A DNA stretch of 63,947 bases, the filler included, from Licmophora abbreviata (taxonomy: Eukaryota): the NCBI GenBank assembly GCA_900291995.1. It is 20 parts of 20 records of this genome, joined end to end, with 100 filler letters (N's around TTAATTAATTAA, not from the genome) between each part and the next. Parts side by side here need not be neighbours in the genome. Positions count along the whole stretch, not along the records: positions 9,792 to 15,818 come from OLMU01001862.1; positions 15,919 to 17,122 come from OLMU01001863.1; positions 17,223 to 19,206 come from OLMU01001864.1; positions 19,307 to 20,597 come from OLMU01001865.1; positions 20,698 to 22,517 come from OLMU01001866.1; 15 more parts are not named here. One strand, written 5' to 3'. The notes below the pieces were generated by a model. The model saw only the letters and a program-made list of their open reading frames with translations, was not told the DNA's origin and made no database searches. Position numbers and translations under genes: made by a program. Positions 9,692 through 20,730 of this stretch are shown here, piece by piece; the stretch's first letter is position 1; every line of letters begins with the position of its first letter.

Positions 9692-9791
9692 NNNNNNNNN
9701 NNNNNNNNNNNNNNNNNNNNNNNNNNNNNNNNNNNTTAATTAATTAANNNNNNNNNNNNNNNNNNNNNNNNNNNNNNNNNNNNNNNNNNNN

Positions 9792-10310
9792 TACCGGCTC
9801 GAAAATGGCCGTGTCGTGTTCGAGAAAGACATCCGCGCGCGGCACCGCGCCCTGCGCGTCGGGCTCTCGACCTTCCTGCGCGGCACGCGGCCCATGGTGC
9901 TGCTCACCGCACCGGCGATCTACAGCCTGATCGTGCCCTTCGTGCTGCTCGATCTGCTGGTGTCGCTCTATCAGGCGCTCTGTTTTCCGGTCTACGGTAT
10001 CGAAAAGGTCCGGCGCCGCGATTTCATCCGCATCGACCGCCACCATCTTGCCTATCTCAACGCGCTGCAAAAACTGAACTGCATCTATTGCGGCTATTGC
10101 AACGGGCTGATCGGCTATGTGCAGGAGGTCGCAGGCCGCACCGAGGCCTATTGGTGCCCGATAAAACACGCCGCCCGCATCGGCTCCTATCACGCCTATT
10201 ACGCGCAATTCGTCGATTACGGCGATGCCGAAGGGTTCGAGGCCGGTCTGTCCGCTTCGCGCCAGCACATCACCCGACCGGGTCTTTCGGGCCTTGGCCC
10301 CAAGCCGTGA
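9792..10310 (+). CDS. Hypothetical membrane protein with CxxCxxC and YWCPIKH motifs; 5' end in gap
   Basis: Frame open from contig start; hydrophobic segment, then LNCIYCGYCNG and TEAYWCPIKHA. Confidence 0.7.
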   Translation, partial: YRLENGRVVFEKDIRARHRALRVGLSTFLRGTRPMVLLTAPAIYSLIVPFVLLDLLVSLYQALCFPVYGIEKVRRRDFIRIDRHHLAYLNALQKLNCIYCGYCNGLIGYVQEVAGRTEAYWCPIKHAARIGSYHAYYAQFVDYGDAEGFEAGLSASRQHITRPGLSGLGPKP

Positions 10311-10345
10311 CCGGCACGCTTTGACGGTAAAGCCGCGCCCGGTCC

Positions 10346-11341
10346 TCAGCCGAGATCCAGCAGCACCGCCCCCGCGCGCCCCGGTGTCATCACCGCATCC
10401 TGGGCCTGCGCGCAGGCCTCCAACGGGAAGGTCGCGCCGATCTCGGGCCTCAGCGCGCCTGCCTCCAGCGCCTCATGCAGCTTGGCGATCATCGCCTGCC
10501 GCTCGGGCAGGGGCAGGATATAGATCAACGTGATGTCGATCTTCAGCGCCTTGAAGAGGTACGGCCCGAACGGCAGGGCAGGGGCCATGTCCTTGCCCGA
10601 CCCATAGGCCGCAATCGTGCCAAGCGACGCCATCACTTGCGCCAAAAGGGGTGCGTTCACGCCAAACTCCACCTCGATCGCACGCGCCACGCCCTGGCCT
10701 CCCGTCGTGTCCATGATCTTCGCGGCCAGATCGGGATCGGCATAGTCGAACACATGCGCAGCGCCTGCTTCACGCACCCGGTCCATGGCACCCGCCGAGC
10801 AGGTGGCGATCACGTGCGCCCCCGCCCATGCCGCCAGTTGCACCGCGTTGTGTCCCACAGCCCCCGCTCCGCCGGAAATCAGCAGCGTCTTGCCCGCCAC
10901 ATCGCCACCGCCGAACACCGTCTGACAGGCCGTCAGCCCCGGAATACCCAAACTCGCCCCGACCTCAAGGCTTACCGCCTCGGGCAGGGGCACCGCTTGT
11001 GCTTGCGGCAGGGCGATATACTCGGCGGCGGTGCCGCAGGCGCGCTGCCACTGGCCGTTCCAGATCCAGACCCGCTCACCGATCCGGGCGCGGTCCACAC
11101 CATAGCCCACCGCCTCGATGACGCCCGCGCCATCGGAATGGGGGATGATTCGATCAAAGGGCGGTTTCGTGACACCGGGCCTGCCGCCCGCGCGGGCCTT
11201 CGCATCCGACGGGTTCACCCCGGAAAAGGTCAGCCTGACCAGCACCTCTCCCGGTCCGGGCTTGGGTGTTTCGACCTCATCCAGCGCCAGAACCTCATCG
11301 GCCGGCCCGAATTGCGAATAGCTCACGGCGCGCATCGGCAT
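10346..11341 (-). CDS. NADPH:quinone reductase (MDR family)
   Basis: GVNPSD, IPHSDGAG, ISGGAGAVG nucleotide-binding motif. Confidence 0.92.
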   Translation of the reverse strand: MPMRAVSYSQFGPADEVLALDEVETPKPGPGEVLVRLTFSGVNPSDAKARAGGRPGVTKPPFDRIIPHSDGAGVIEAVGYGVDRARIGERVWIWNGQWQRACGTAAEYIALPQAQAVPLPEAVSLEVGASLGIPGLTACQTVFGGGDVAGKTLLISGGAGAVGHNAVQLAAWAGAHVIATCSAGAMDRVREAGAAHVFDYADPDLAAKIMDTTGGQGVARAIEVEFGVNAPLLAQVMASLGTIAAYGSGKDMAPALPFGPYLFKALKIDITLIYILPLPERQAMIAKLHEALEAGALRPEIGATFPLEACAQAQDAVMTPGRAGAVLLDLG

Positions 11342-11391
11342 CCTTTCCCAGATCCCTCGACCCCTCGGCCCGGTTCGTCAGTCCTGAAATC

Positions 11392-11811
11392 TCAGCTCTT
11401 GCGCCGCAGACGGATCACCACATCGACACTGGCGATCTCGGCCCCTTCGGGCGCTTGCGGCAATTGCGCGATCTGCAACTGGTCCGACGGCGCATCGGTC
11501 AGACGATTCTCGTCTTCCCAGAAGAAATGCGGATGGTCATGCGTGTTGGTGTCGAAATAACTTTTCGAGCCGTCAACGGTGACTTCCTGAATAAGCCCCG
11601 CATCACAGAACGCCCGCAGCGTGTTGTAGACCGTGGCCAGCGACACCCGCTCGCCGCGCATTTGCGCTTCCGCGAAAAGGCTCTCTGCCGTGACGTGGCG
11701 ATGCTGCCCATCGCCCACCAGCATCGTGGCCAGCGCCATGCGCTGCCGCGTCGGTCGCAGGCCGGCATCCGTCAGCCACCTGATCTCCCGGCCTGTTGCT
11801 TGATGTGTCAT
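11392..11811 (-). CDS. irrA: Fur-family iron response regulator
   Basis: GLRPTRQR, SLATVYNTL, FDTNTHDHPHF; divergent from fabA as usual in alphaproteobacteria. Confidence 0.9.
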   Translation of the reverse strand: MTHQATGREIRWLTDAGLRPTRQRMALATMLVGDGQHRHVTAESLFAEAQMRGERVSLATVYNTLRAFCDAGLIQEVTVDGSKSYFDTNTHDHPHFFWEDENRLTDAPSDQLQIAQLPQAPEGAEIASVDVVIRLRRKS

Positions 11812-11986
11812 GTAAGCCTCAATTCGTCCTGTTATCTGGGAATATAGGGCGGCATCCCCCTATATTTCAAATAAATTCCATCACCCCGCGACGCTGTTGC
11901 ACGGCTCTGACAGGCTTGCAACGGGCTTTGGCCCGGTGATACAGGGTTTGCAACCGAACCCTAAAGCTACGAAAGGGGCCGCCTGC

Positions 11987-12496
11987 ATGGCCGATTATCC
12001 GAGCCGCTTCGACCGCGACGACCTGCTCAAATGCGCAAGGGGCGAGCTTTTCGGCCCCGGCAACGCCCAACTTCCCGAACCGCCCATGCTGATGATGGAC
12101 CGGATCACCGATATCTCGGCTGATGGCGGCGCGCATGGCAAGGGTCACGTTGTGGCCGAGTTCGACATCCATCCCGACCTGTGGTTCTTCGAATGCCACT
12201 TCCCCGGAAACCCGATCATGCCCGGCTGTCTGGGCCTTGACGGGCTCTGGCAGCTCACTGGCTTCAATCTGGGCTGGCGCGGCTGGCAGGGGCGCGGCTA
12301 TGCGCTCGGCGTGGGCGAGGTCAAGCTGACGGGCATGGTCCGCCCCGACCGCAAGATGCTGACCTATTACGTGGATTTCACGAAAGCCGTGCAAACCAGA
12401 CGCCTGACCATGGGCGTCGCCGATGGCCGGGTCGAAGCCGACGGCGAAGTGATATATCAGGTCAAGGACATGAAGGTCGCCTTGTCGGAAAACTGA
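11987..12496 (+). CDS. fabA: 3-hydroxydecanoyl-ACP dehydratase/isomerase
   Basis: [32 protein letters not shown]. Confidence 0.96.
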   Translation: MADYPSRFDRDDLLKCARGELFGPGNAQLPEPPMLMMDRITDISADGGAHGKGHVVAEFDIHPDLWFFECHFPGNPIMPGCLGLDGLWQLTGFNLGWRGWQGRGYALGVGEVKLTGMVRPDRKMLTYYVDFTKAVQTRRLTMGVADGRVEADGEVIYQVKDMKVALSEN

Positions 12497-12526
12497 ACCC
12501 ACGCTTGAATACAAGGAGTGCGCAAC

Positions 12527-13756
12527 ATGCGTCGCGTCGTCGTCACGGGTCTGGGGATCGTCTCATCCATCGGCAACACTGCCTCCGAGGTGCTGGCCGC
12601 CCTCAAGGCGGGCACGTCGGGCATCGAGGCCAGCCCCGAAATGCAGGAACACGGCTTTCGCTCACAGGTGGCGGGCACGCTCAAGATCGACGTGACCGAG
12701 CATGTGGACAAGCGCACGCTGCGCTTCATGGGGCCGGGCGCCGCCTATGCCCATATCGCCATGGGGCAGGCCATCGCCGATGCCGGCCTGACCGAGGCCG
12801 AAATCGTCAATCCGCGCACCGGGCTTGTCGCCGGATCGGGCGGCCCGTCCACCTCGGCGATGCTCGCGGCGCATCAGACCGTGCTCGAAAAGGGCAGCCC
12901 CAAGCGCATCGGGCCGTTCGCCGTGCCCAAATGCATGTCCTCCACGATCTCGGCCAATCTCAGCACCGCCTACCGCATCAAGGGGATCAACTACTCGATC
13001 ACCTCGGCCTGTTCGACCTCTTTGCATTGCATCGGCAATGCCGCCGAACAGATCATGATGGGCAAACAGGACGTGATGTTCGCCGGCGGCGGCGAGGAGC
13101 TGGACTGGACGCTGTCGTGCCTCTTCGATGCAATGGGCGCGATGAGCTCCAAGTATAACGACACGCCGCAGCGCGCGAGCCGCGCCTTTGATGCCGACCG
13201 CGACGGCTTCGTGATCTCGGGTGGCGGCGGTATCGTCGTGCTCGAGGATCTCGACCACGCTCTGGCCCGTGGCGCGAAAATCTATGCCGAGGTGACCGGC
13301 TACGGCGCCACCTCCGACGGGGCCGACATGGTCGCCCCCTCCGGCGAGGGCGGCGAGCGCGCGATGCGCCTTGCGCTCAGCACCCTGCCCGAAGGCCGCA
13401 AGGTGAGCTATATCAACGCGCATGGCACCTCGACCCCCGTGGGCGATGTGGGCGAGGTTCAGTCCGTGCGCCGCATCTTTGGCGAAGGCAGCACCCCGCC
13501 GATCAGCTCGACCAAGTCGATGACCGGCCACAGCCAGGGCGCCACCGGCGCGCAAGAGGCGATCTACTGCCTTCTGGCTCTGGACAATGACTTCATCATT
13601 CCGTCGATCAACGTCGAAACCCTCGATCCCGCGCTGCACGCCTCCGAAATCGCGACCGCGCGCATAGACAATGCGGGGCTCGACACGGTGATGACCAACA
13701 GCTTCGGCTTCGGCGGCACCAACGGCTCCATGCTTCTCAGCAAATTTCACGGGTAG
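12527..13756 (+). CDS. fabB: Beta-ketoacyl-ACP synthase I
   Basis: SACSTS active Cys, NAHGTST, KSMTGH, NSFGFGG; RBS AAGGAG. Confidence 0.95.
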   Translation: MRRVVVTGLGIVSSIGNTASEVLAALKAGTSGIEASPEMQEHGFRSQVAGTLKIDVTEHVDKRTLRFMGPGAAYAHIAMGQAIADAGLTEAEIVNPRTGLVAGSGGPSTSAMLAAHQTVLEKGSPKRIGPFAVPKCMSSTISANLSTAYRIKGINYSITSACSTSLHCIGNAAEQIMMGKQDVMFAGGGEELDWTLSCLFDAMGAMSSKYNDTPQRASRAFDADRDGFVISGGGGIVVLEDLDHALARGAKIYAEVTGYGATSDGADMVAPSGEGGERAMRLALSTLPEGRKVSYINAHGTSTPVGDVGEVQSVRRIFGEGSTPPISSTKSMTGHSQGATGAQEAIYCLLALDNDFIIPSINVETLDPALHASEIATARIDNAGLDTVMTNSFGFGGTNGSMLLSKFHG

Positions 13757-13767
13757 GGTATCGTCAC

Positions 13768-14559
13768 ATGAGCAATTCGATGCAGGGCAAGCGTGGCCTC
13801 GTCATGGGAGTGGCCAATGACCGCTCCATCGCCTGGGGCATCGCGAACGCGATGCACAAGGCCGGCGCGGAACTGGCCTTCTCCTATCAGGGCGAGGCTT
13901 TCGGCAAACGCGTCGAGCCCTTGGCCGCAAGCGTCGGCTCGGACCTCATGCTCGATGTGGACGTGACCGATGACGCCTCTCTCGATGCGGCCTTCTCGAC
14001 GCTGGCCGCGACATGGCCCACCATCGATTTCGTGGTCCACGCCATCGCCTATTCCGACAAGTCCGAACTGACCGGCCGCTTCATGAACACCAGCCGCGCC
14101 AACTTCAAGCACAGCCTTGAAATCTCGACCTATTCCTTCATCGACGTGGCGCGCCGCGCCTATCCGATGATGCGGGAGAACGGCGGCACGCTGCTCACGC
14201 TGACCTATCAGGGCTCCAACAAGGTCGTGCCGAATTACAACGTGATGGGCGTGGCCAAGGCGGCGCTGGAATCCGCGACGCGGTATCTCGCCAATGATCT
14301 CGGCCCCGACGGGATCCGCGTCAACGCGATCTCTCCCGGCCCGATGAAGACGCTGGCCGGCGCGGCCATCGGCGGCGCGCGCAAGACCTACAAACACACC
14401 GATCTCAACGCCCCGCTGCGCGCCAACGCCACGCTCGATGCGATCGGCGGCACGGCGGTCTATCTGGCCTCGGATGCCGGCGCCTGCACCTCGGGCGAGG
14501 TGATCCATGTCGATGGCGGCTATCACGTGCTCGGCATGCCCCAGGCCGAAAACCTCTGA
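13768..14559 (+). CDS. fabI: Enoyl-ACP reductase
   Basis: GVANDRSIAWG, YNVMGVAKAALE, ISPGPMKTLA. Confidence 0.95.
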   Translation: MSNSMQGKRGLVMGVANDRSIAWGIANAMHKAGAELAFSYQGEAFGKRVEPLAASVGSDLMLDVDVTDDASLDAAFSTLAATWPTIDFVVHAIAYSDKSELTGRFMNTSRANFKHSLEISTYSFIDVARRAYPMMRENGGTLLTLTYQGSNKVVPNYNVMGVAKAALESATRYLANDLGPDGIRVNAISPGPMKTLAGAAIGGARKTYKHTDLNAPLRANATLDAIGGTAVYLASDAGACTSGEVIHVDGGYHVLGMPQAENL

Positions 14560-14596
14560 GACCGAAAACCTCTGAGGCCGAAAACCTCTGAGACCG
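14543..14596. repeat. Tandem repeat, 16-bp unit AG(G/A)CCGAAAACCTCTG x ~3.4, overlapping the fabI stop
   Basis: Copies at 14543, 14559, 14575, partial at 14591. Confidence 0.93.
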
Positions 14597-14687
14597 TGGC
14601 GGTTCGCGGACATCCTGCCCGCCCGTCGCTTCCTTTTTGCCGGGATTGAGCCATGGAATCGCCACGCTTCGCGGTGATCCTCGGCGC

Positions 14688-15005
14688 ATGGAACCACAAG
14701 TCATTTTTCAGACGCCCATTCCCCGAGAGGAGCTTTACGCAGCCCGATCCCACCGCGCCAAACGTCTGGCAGGCTGGGTGAAACTGGCGCTCTTCGCCTG
14801 CGTGCTGACCGCGATCTGGCAGGAAAAGGCGCTCGCCCCTCCGGTCCATGACCAGATGCGACATGTGGCCGCTCTCGCCTCCTCGGCGCTCGGCGGCTCG
14901 CAGACCGTCCAGTCCTATCTGTCCATGGCGACCACGACGCTGACCACCATGAATGACAGCGAAACGGACCCGGTCAGCAAGCTGGTTTTAAAGCTGCGCC
15001 AGTAA
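14688..15005 (+). CDS. Hypothetical protein with one TM segment
   Basis: 105-aa ORF, hydrophobic LALFACVLTAIW, fills the space between fabI and the MFS gene. Confidence 0.55.
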   Translation: MEPQVIFQTPIPREELYAARSHRAKRLAGWVKLALFACVLTAIWQEKALAPPVHDQMRHVAALASSALGGSQTVQSYLSMATTTLTTMNDSETDPVSKLVLKLRQ

Positions 15006-15045
15006 CGCGCCGCACCGGATCGGGCGGCCGAAGGGCAGGGCGCCC

Positions 15046-15818
15046 TTACGCCACCCCTTCGGTCTCCCGTTCGGCCTCGGCCTGCTCGGCGGCCCATGCG
15101 CCTGCCGCCTCCACCGCCACGGGCGAGGCCGTGGGCAACACGCCCAGATAGCTTTCGGTCTCGTCCACCGGCCCCGGCGCGCGCTGCGTCATCCGGTACA
15201 GCGCATAACCCGCGATCACCCCGAATACCGCCGCCAGCACCAGCCAGAAGGCGAACGGCCCGCCCCCTTGCATCGCCCAGCCTGCGATCAACGGCCCCGC
15301 GATCGCCCCCAGCCCGAAGGTAAAGACCAGACCGCCCGACGCCGCCGGCATGTCCTCGGCATCCAGCGCATCGTTGGTATAGGCCAGAAGCAGCGCATAA
15401 AGCGGCGTCGTCACGCCACCCGCCAGAAACGCCGACGCCATCAGCGCCCACAAATCGCCCTCCGTGGCCCAGCCCAGTCCGCAGGCCGCAGCCCCGAGCA
15501 CTGCCGACCCAAGGATCAGCCGCCGCCGGTCCATCCGGTCCGACAGCCAGCCGATCGGATATTGCAGCACCAACGCCCCCGCAAAAAGCATGGCCACGAA
15601 CAGCGACACCTGCGCCGCACTCATCCCGACCTGCGTGGCAAAGACAGCACCCATGCCCGATTGCGTGGCATAAACCCCGCCCAGCAGGAAAATCCCCACC
15701 GTGCCAAGCGGCGATCCCGCATAAAGCTCCCTCAGCCCCATGGGCCGTGTGACCGCCGCTGCCGGCACCGGGGTCGCCGCCAGCAGGTATCGGCGTCAGC
15801 GACAGCGACACAAGGATC
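15046..15818 (-). CDS. MFS transporter, 3' part; apparent 1-nt insertion near 15788
   Basis: QYPIGWLSDRMDRR MFS motif, multiple TM helices; ILVSLSLTPI and LLAATPVP lie in adjacent frames. Confidence 0.85.
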
Positions 15819-15962
15819 NNNNNNNNNNNNNNNNNNNNNNNNNNNNNNNNNNNNNNNNNNNNTTAATTAATTAANNNNNNNNNNNNNNNNNNNNNNNNNN
15901 NNNNNNNNNNNNNNNNNNCACGCGTGGTCCGCTCATTTTGTCGCGGCCCTCGCCTCAGCCCC

Positions 15963-16841
15963 TCAGAACCACTGGCCCGGCTCCATCAGGCCAAGGTCCA
16001 GCAATTGGCGCGAATGCCACTCGAACGGCGTGGAATTGTGCCATTTGAAGGTGTGGATATCAAAGGTCGATCCCGGGTTGCGCTTGAGCGCCTTGGCGGC
16101 TCGGAACGACACGATCGCCGCCGTCAGGTTGTTATGCCAGGAACACGCATAGGTATTGTATTCCTCATCCGTAAAGGTGTGATCGGCGCGCAGGTTCACG
16201 CCTTTTTTGGCGCGGAACAAGGCGACGCGGTCGATCTTGCGGCGCGCGGCGGGAATATGCTCCTCATAGCGCCAGCGCAGCCCGCCGAAGAAATCCAGCT
16301 GCCGTTCCTTGGGATGGTTGTGATTGTCCGGATCGTTGCGCGCCAGCGCATAATATCCCGACCTGTCCAGATGCGCATCCTCCAGCGACACCGCATCGGG
16401 ATGCGCCCCAAGATCGCCCGCATAAAGATCGACCACAAAGCTCAGCATCGCGTTGCGCCGTTCCTCGGTATGAAAGGCCAGCATCTCGCCCACGCTGCGG
16501 GTCTCGCAGAACGGAAAGAACAGATATTCGGCATTGAAACAATAATATATCCAGATGCCCGGCGCCGCCGCGATCAACCTGTTGATGACCTCCACATGAT
16601 CGCCCATCGCCATCACGCTATGGTCGATCCGGTGCACCGACGCCTCCACATCAGCCGGCAGATCGAATTCCGCCGGCATCACCACCAGCACCTCGCAAAA
16701 CCCAAGAGCCAGATGATGCCTGAGCGTCGATCCCAGCTCGACCCGGTCCTCGACCAGCACCACCGCCACCGGACCTTTCGCCAGCGCCGCCGCCCCACGT
16801 TTCAGGAAATCGTTCAGACCAGTATACCGCATCGCACTCAT
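15963..16841 (-). CDS. Glycosyltransferase family 2-like protein
   Basis: LRHHLALGF, W.YYCFNAEYLFFPFCETR, DLYA, GGLRWR; NAE replaces the usual DxD-type motif. Confidence 0.7.
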   Translation of the reverse strand: MSAMRYTGLNDFLKRGAAALAKGPVAVVLVEDRVELGSTLRHHLALGFCEVLVVMPAEFDLPADVEASVHRIDHSVMAMGDHVEVINRLIAAAPGIWIYYCFNAEYLFFPFCETRSVGEMLAFHTEERRNAMLSFVVDLYAGDLGAHPDAVSLEDAHLDRSGYYALARNDPDNHNHPKERQLDFFGGLRWRYEEHIPAARRKIDRVALFRAKKGVNLRADHTFTDEEYNTYACSWHNNLTAAIVSFRAAKALKRNPGSTFDIHTFKWHNSTPFEWHSRQLLDLGLMEPGQWF

Positions 16842-16938
16842 CCGTTTTGCGCGCAGACTCCGTCAATTCGTCCTCCATTGCAAGACACCCCCGATCTGAT
16901 GTAGGTCAGCGCCCTGTAACAAGGCGGGAGCGCGGTCC

Positions 16939-18377
16939 ATGTCCGGGGCGAAGAAACTCTACATCAAGACCTATGGCTGTCAGATGAACGTCTATGACAG
17001 CGAGCGCATGGCCGAGGCCATGGGCAGCGCGGGCTACGTGGAAACCGACACGCCCGACGATGCCGACATGATCCTGCTCAACACCTGCCATATCCGCGAG
17101 AAAGCGGCGGAAAAGGTCTATTNNNNNNNNNNNNNNNNNNNNNNNNNNNNNNNNNNNNNNNNNNNNTTAATTAATTAANNNNNNNNNNNNNNNNNNNNNN
17201 NNNNNNNNNNNNNNNNNNNNNNGAACTCGGCCGCTTCCGCCCCCTCAAGGACGCGCGCCCCGATCTCAAGATCGGCGTGGCCGGCTGCGTGGCGCAGGCC
17301 GAAGGCGACGAGATCATGCGCCGCCAGCCGCTGGTCGATCTGGTCGTCGGCCCGCAATCCTATCACCGCCTGCCGCAGCTCGAGGCGCAGACCCGCACCG
17401 GTGCGCGCGCCCTCGACACCGATTTTCCGCTCGATGACAAGTTCGAGGCGCTGAAAACCCGTGGCCCCAAGGCCAGCCGCGGCCCCACCGCCTTTCTCAC
17501 CGTGCAGGAAGGCTGCGACAAGTTCTGCGCCTTCTGCGTCGTGCCCTATACCCGCGGCGCCGAAGCCAGCCGCCCCGCTGCCCGTATTCTGGATGAGGCG
17601 CGCGAGCTTGTGGATCGCGGCGTGCGCGAAATCACCCTGCTGGGCCAGAACGTCAACGCCTATCACGGCGCCGGTCCCGACGGCTCGGACTGGTCGCTCG
17701 CCCGGCTGATCTGGGCGCTCGACGCCATCGACGGGTTGCAGCGCATCCGCTTCACCACCTCGCATCCGGGCGACATGGCCGATGACCTGATCGAGGCGCA
17801 CGCCTCCTGCGCCAAGCTGATGCCCTACCTGCATCTGCCCGTGCAATCCGGCTCCGACCGCATCCTCAAGCGGATGAACCGCAAGCACACCGCCGAAAGC
17901 TACCTGCGCCTGATCGAACGCATCCGCGCCGCGCGCCCCGATATCCTGATGTCGGGCGATTTCATCGTCGGCTTCCCCGAAGAGACCGAGGCCGATTTTC
18001 AGGCCACCATGGACCTGATCGAAGAGGTGAAATACGGCTACGCCTATTCCTTCAAATATTCCACGCGCCCCGGCACCTCCGCCGCCGAACGCGCGCAACT
18101 GGACGAAGACGTGAAGACCGACCGCCTGCACCGCCTGCAAGCGCGCATCACCCACCACCAGCGCGCCATCCAGGATGCGATGGTCGGGCGCACCGTGGGC
18201 GTGCTCTTCGAAAAGTCCGGCCGCCTGCCCGGGCAGATGGTCGGCAAATCCGACTACCTGCATGCCGTGCATGTCGCCGACTGCCCCCTCCAGCCCGGTG
18301 ATCTGGCCCGGGTCGAGATCACCGAAAGCGGCTCCAACTCGCTTGCCGGCAGGCTGGTTTCCCCCTCCGGGATCTGA
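16939..18377 (+). CDS. miaB: tRNA-2-methylthio-N6-dimethylallyladenosine synthase, split by linker 17123-17222
   Basis: [39 protein letters not shown] radical-SAM motif, C-terminal TRAM domain. Confidence 0.96.
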
Positions 18378-18635
18378 TCCGCGCTATCGTCTGGCCCATC
18401 GGCCCAAGCCTCGCCCGTCTCTCCACCGAACAACCGCAGGGCGCAGTGGTGCCACGCCTTGCGGGCAAATGTGGCGGATTTCGGGCACTGTTTCCACATT
18501 CAGCACAATATATGGGGTTTTTCGCTTCACTTTGTCCGCAAAGTTGGTAATCTCCCTAAATTACATACTGTGATAGCCGTTTTGGGTGTGAGTGCGTTCC
18601 CGGTCTCGGGAACCCGGTTAAAGAGGGACAGGGCT

Positions 18636-19206
18636 GTGACACGACAGTTTCCGCAAAATATTCAGTCTATGGTCGGTGGTCTGGCCGTGGCAGCACTCGC
18701 GCTGCTGGTCTCCACCGATGCAGGCTTGGCACAACAGGGCCAGCGCATCGTCACGGGCGAAGTATACCAGCCCGGCATCTGGGTCGATCCCGATGGCTGC
18801 GAGCATTGGGTGATGGATGATGGCGCCGAAGGCTACATGAGCCCGCATGTCACCCGTCAGGGCATCCCGGTCTGCCGCACGGCCAATCTGTGCGGCACCG
18901 TCAACACCGACCAGTATTTCGCCACCAACAGCGCCCGCCTCGGCCATTCGGCCCGCCAGAACCTCGCGAATTTCTTCGCCAGCACCGGTGCGGTCTCCTA
19001 CACGATCGTCGGCCATACCGACAGCCGCGCCTCGGATGAATACAACATGGACCTGTCTCTGCGCCGCGCCAACGCCGTGGCCTCTGTCGCGCGCAGCGCC
19101 GGCGCCCGGATCGCCGATGTGCGCGGCATGGGCGAACGTGCGCCCAAGGCGTCGAATAATACGGCGGCGGGCATGGCCGCCAATCGCCGCGTCGAAATCC
19201 TGTGCT
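18636..19206 (+). CDS. OmpA family peptidoglycan-binding protein, 3' end cut
   Basis: Signal peptide, WVDPDGCEHW, VGHTDSRASDEYNMDLSLRRA, NRRVEI. Confidence 0.88.
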
Positions 19207-19363
19207 NNNNNNNNNNNNNNNNNNNNNNNNNNNNNNNNNNNNNNNNNNNNTTAATTAATTAANNNNNNNNNNNNNNNNNNNNNNNNNNNNNNNNNNNNNN
19301 NNNNNNCTCGTCACTCTTCGACCCGGTCTGACAGGCCATCGGCGCGATCGTGCCGCGAAATCC

Positions 19364-19392
19364 AGCCGCAGGCCCCCGCCTGCGGCTTTTTT
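19364..19392 (+). terminator. Rho-independent terminator
   Basis: AGCCGCAGGC-CCCC-GCCTGCGGCT followed by TTTTT. Confidence 0.85.
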
Positions 19393-19486
19393 CGTTCACG
19401 GTTCGATGACATTTTGCGCAAGGCGCTTGCACCTGCCCGCGGCTCTTGGCACGATCCCTCCAGACCCTCGCCCGCAGGAGATGTTA

Positions 19487-20502
19487 TTGGTTACCACCCA
19501 GCTGCCCACACCCCCGGATCCCGATGCGCTGCATGAGGCGGTCGTGGAGTTTCCCGACAATCGGCTGCTGATCGATCTGTGCGGCGAATATGACCGTCAT
19601 CTGGCTGATATCGAACAGAAAATGGGTGTGCAGATCCTGCGCCGCGGCAATCAGCTCGCGGTGGTCGGCGCCGCCATTGCCGCGCGTGAACGATCGAGGT
19701 GCTGCAGGCACTCTATCAGCGGCTCGAATCCGGCAAGCCCGTCGGCCCCGGCGATGTGGACCGCGAATTGCGCATGGGCGCCGATCTCGATGCCTCCGGC
19801 ACCCGCGACGGCGACCAGCTCGAGATGTTCAAGGGCGGCCCGGTCGAGATCAAGACCCGCAAGAAACTGGTCGAACCGCGCACCGATGCGCAAAAAGCCT
19901 ATGTCAGATCGCTCTTCGCCCATGAAATGGCCTTCGGCATCGGCCCCGCTGGCACCGGCAAGACCTATCTCGCTGTGGCCGTGGGCGTGTCGATGTTCAT
20001 CGACGGCCATGTCGATCGGATCATCCTCAGCCGCCCCGCCGTCGAAGCCGGTGAGAAACTGGGCTACCTGCCCGGCGACATGAAGGAAAAGGTCGATCCC
20101 TACATGCAGCCGCTCTATGACGCGCTCAACGATTTCCTCCCCGGCAAACAGCTCGCCAAGCTGATCGAGGAAAAGCGCATCGAGATCGCGCCGCTCGCCT
20201 TCATGCGGGGCCGCACCCTCGCCAATGCCTTCGTCGTGCTCGACGAGGCGCAGAACGCCACCTCCATGCAGATGAAGATGTTCCTCACGCGGCTTGGCGA
20301 AGGCTCGCGCATGGTCATCACCGGCGACCGCAGCCAGATCGACCTGCCGCGCGGCGTGACCAGCGGCCTGCATGACGCCGAACGCCTGCTCAACCGCATC
20401 CCCGGCGTGTCCTTCAACTATTTCACCTCCAAGGACGTGGTCCGCCATCCGCTCGTCGCCGCGATCATCGAAGCCTACGAAGCCGACACACCCGGCGCCT
20501 GA
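19487..20502 (+). CDS. phoH: PhoH family protein with an apparent frameshift near 19690
   Basis: N-terminus FPDNRLLIDLCGEYD in one frame; GPAGTGKT, RPAVEAGE, RGRT, DEAQN, RHPLV in the next; TTG start after AGGAG. Confidence 0.88.
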
Positions 20503-20730
20503 ATGCTCCGATCCGCCCCCGCCCCCGCCTCCGCGCTCACCGCGCCGCCTTCCCGTCGCTTGGTGTCGGCGCTTGGCCCCGCCCATCGCCTGACCTTNNN
20601 NNNNNNNNNNNNNNNNNNNNNNNNNNNNNNNNNNNNNNNNNTTAATTAATTAANNNNNNNNNNNNNNNNNNNNNNNNNNNNNNNNNNNNNNNNNNNNAAA
20701 TACGTCCCGGGGGCCCGGGGCAGACGCCCC

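Noticed and set aside
19307..19331. Short open frame ending LVTLRPGL-stop before the terminator
   Set aside because: Probably the tail of a gene lost in the gap; too short to call.
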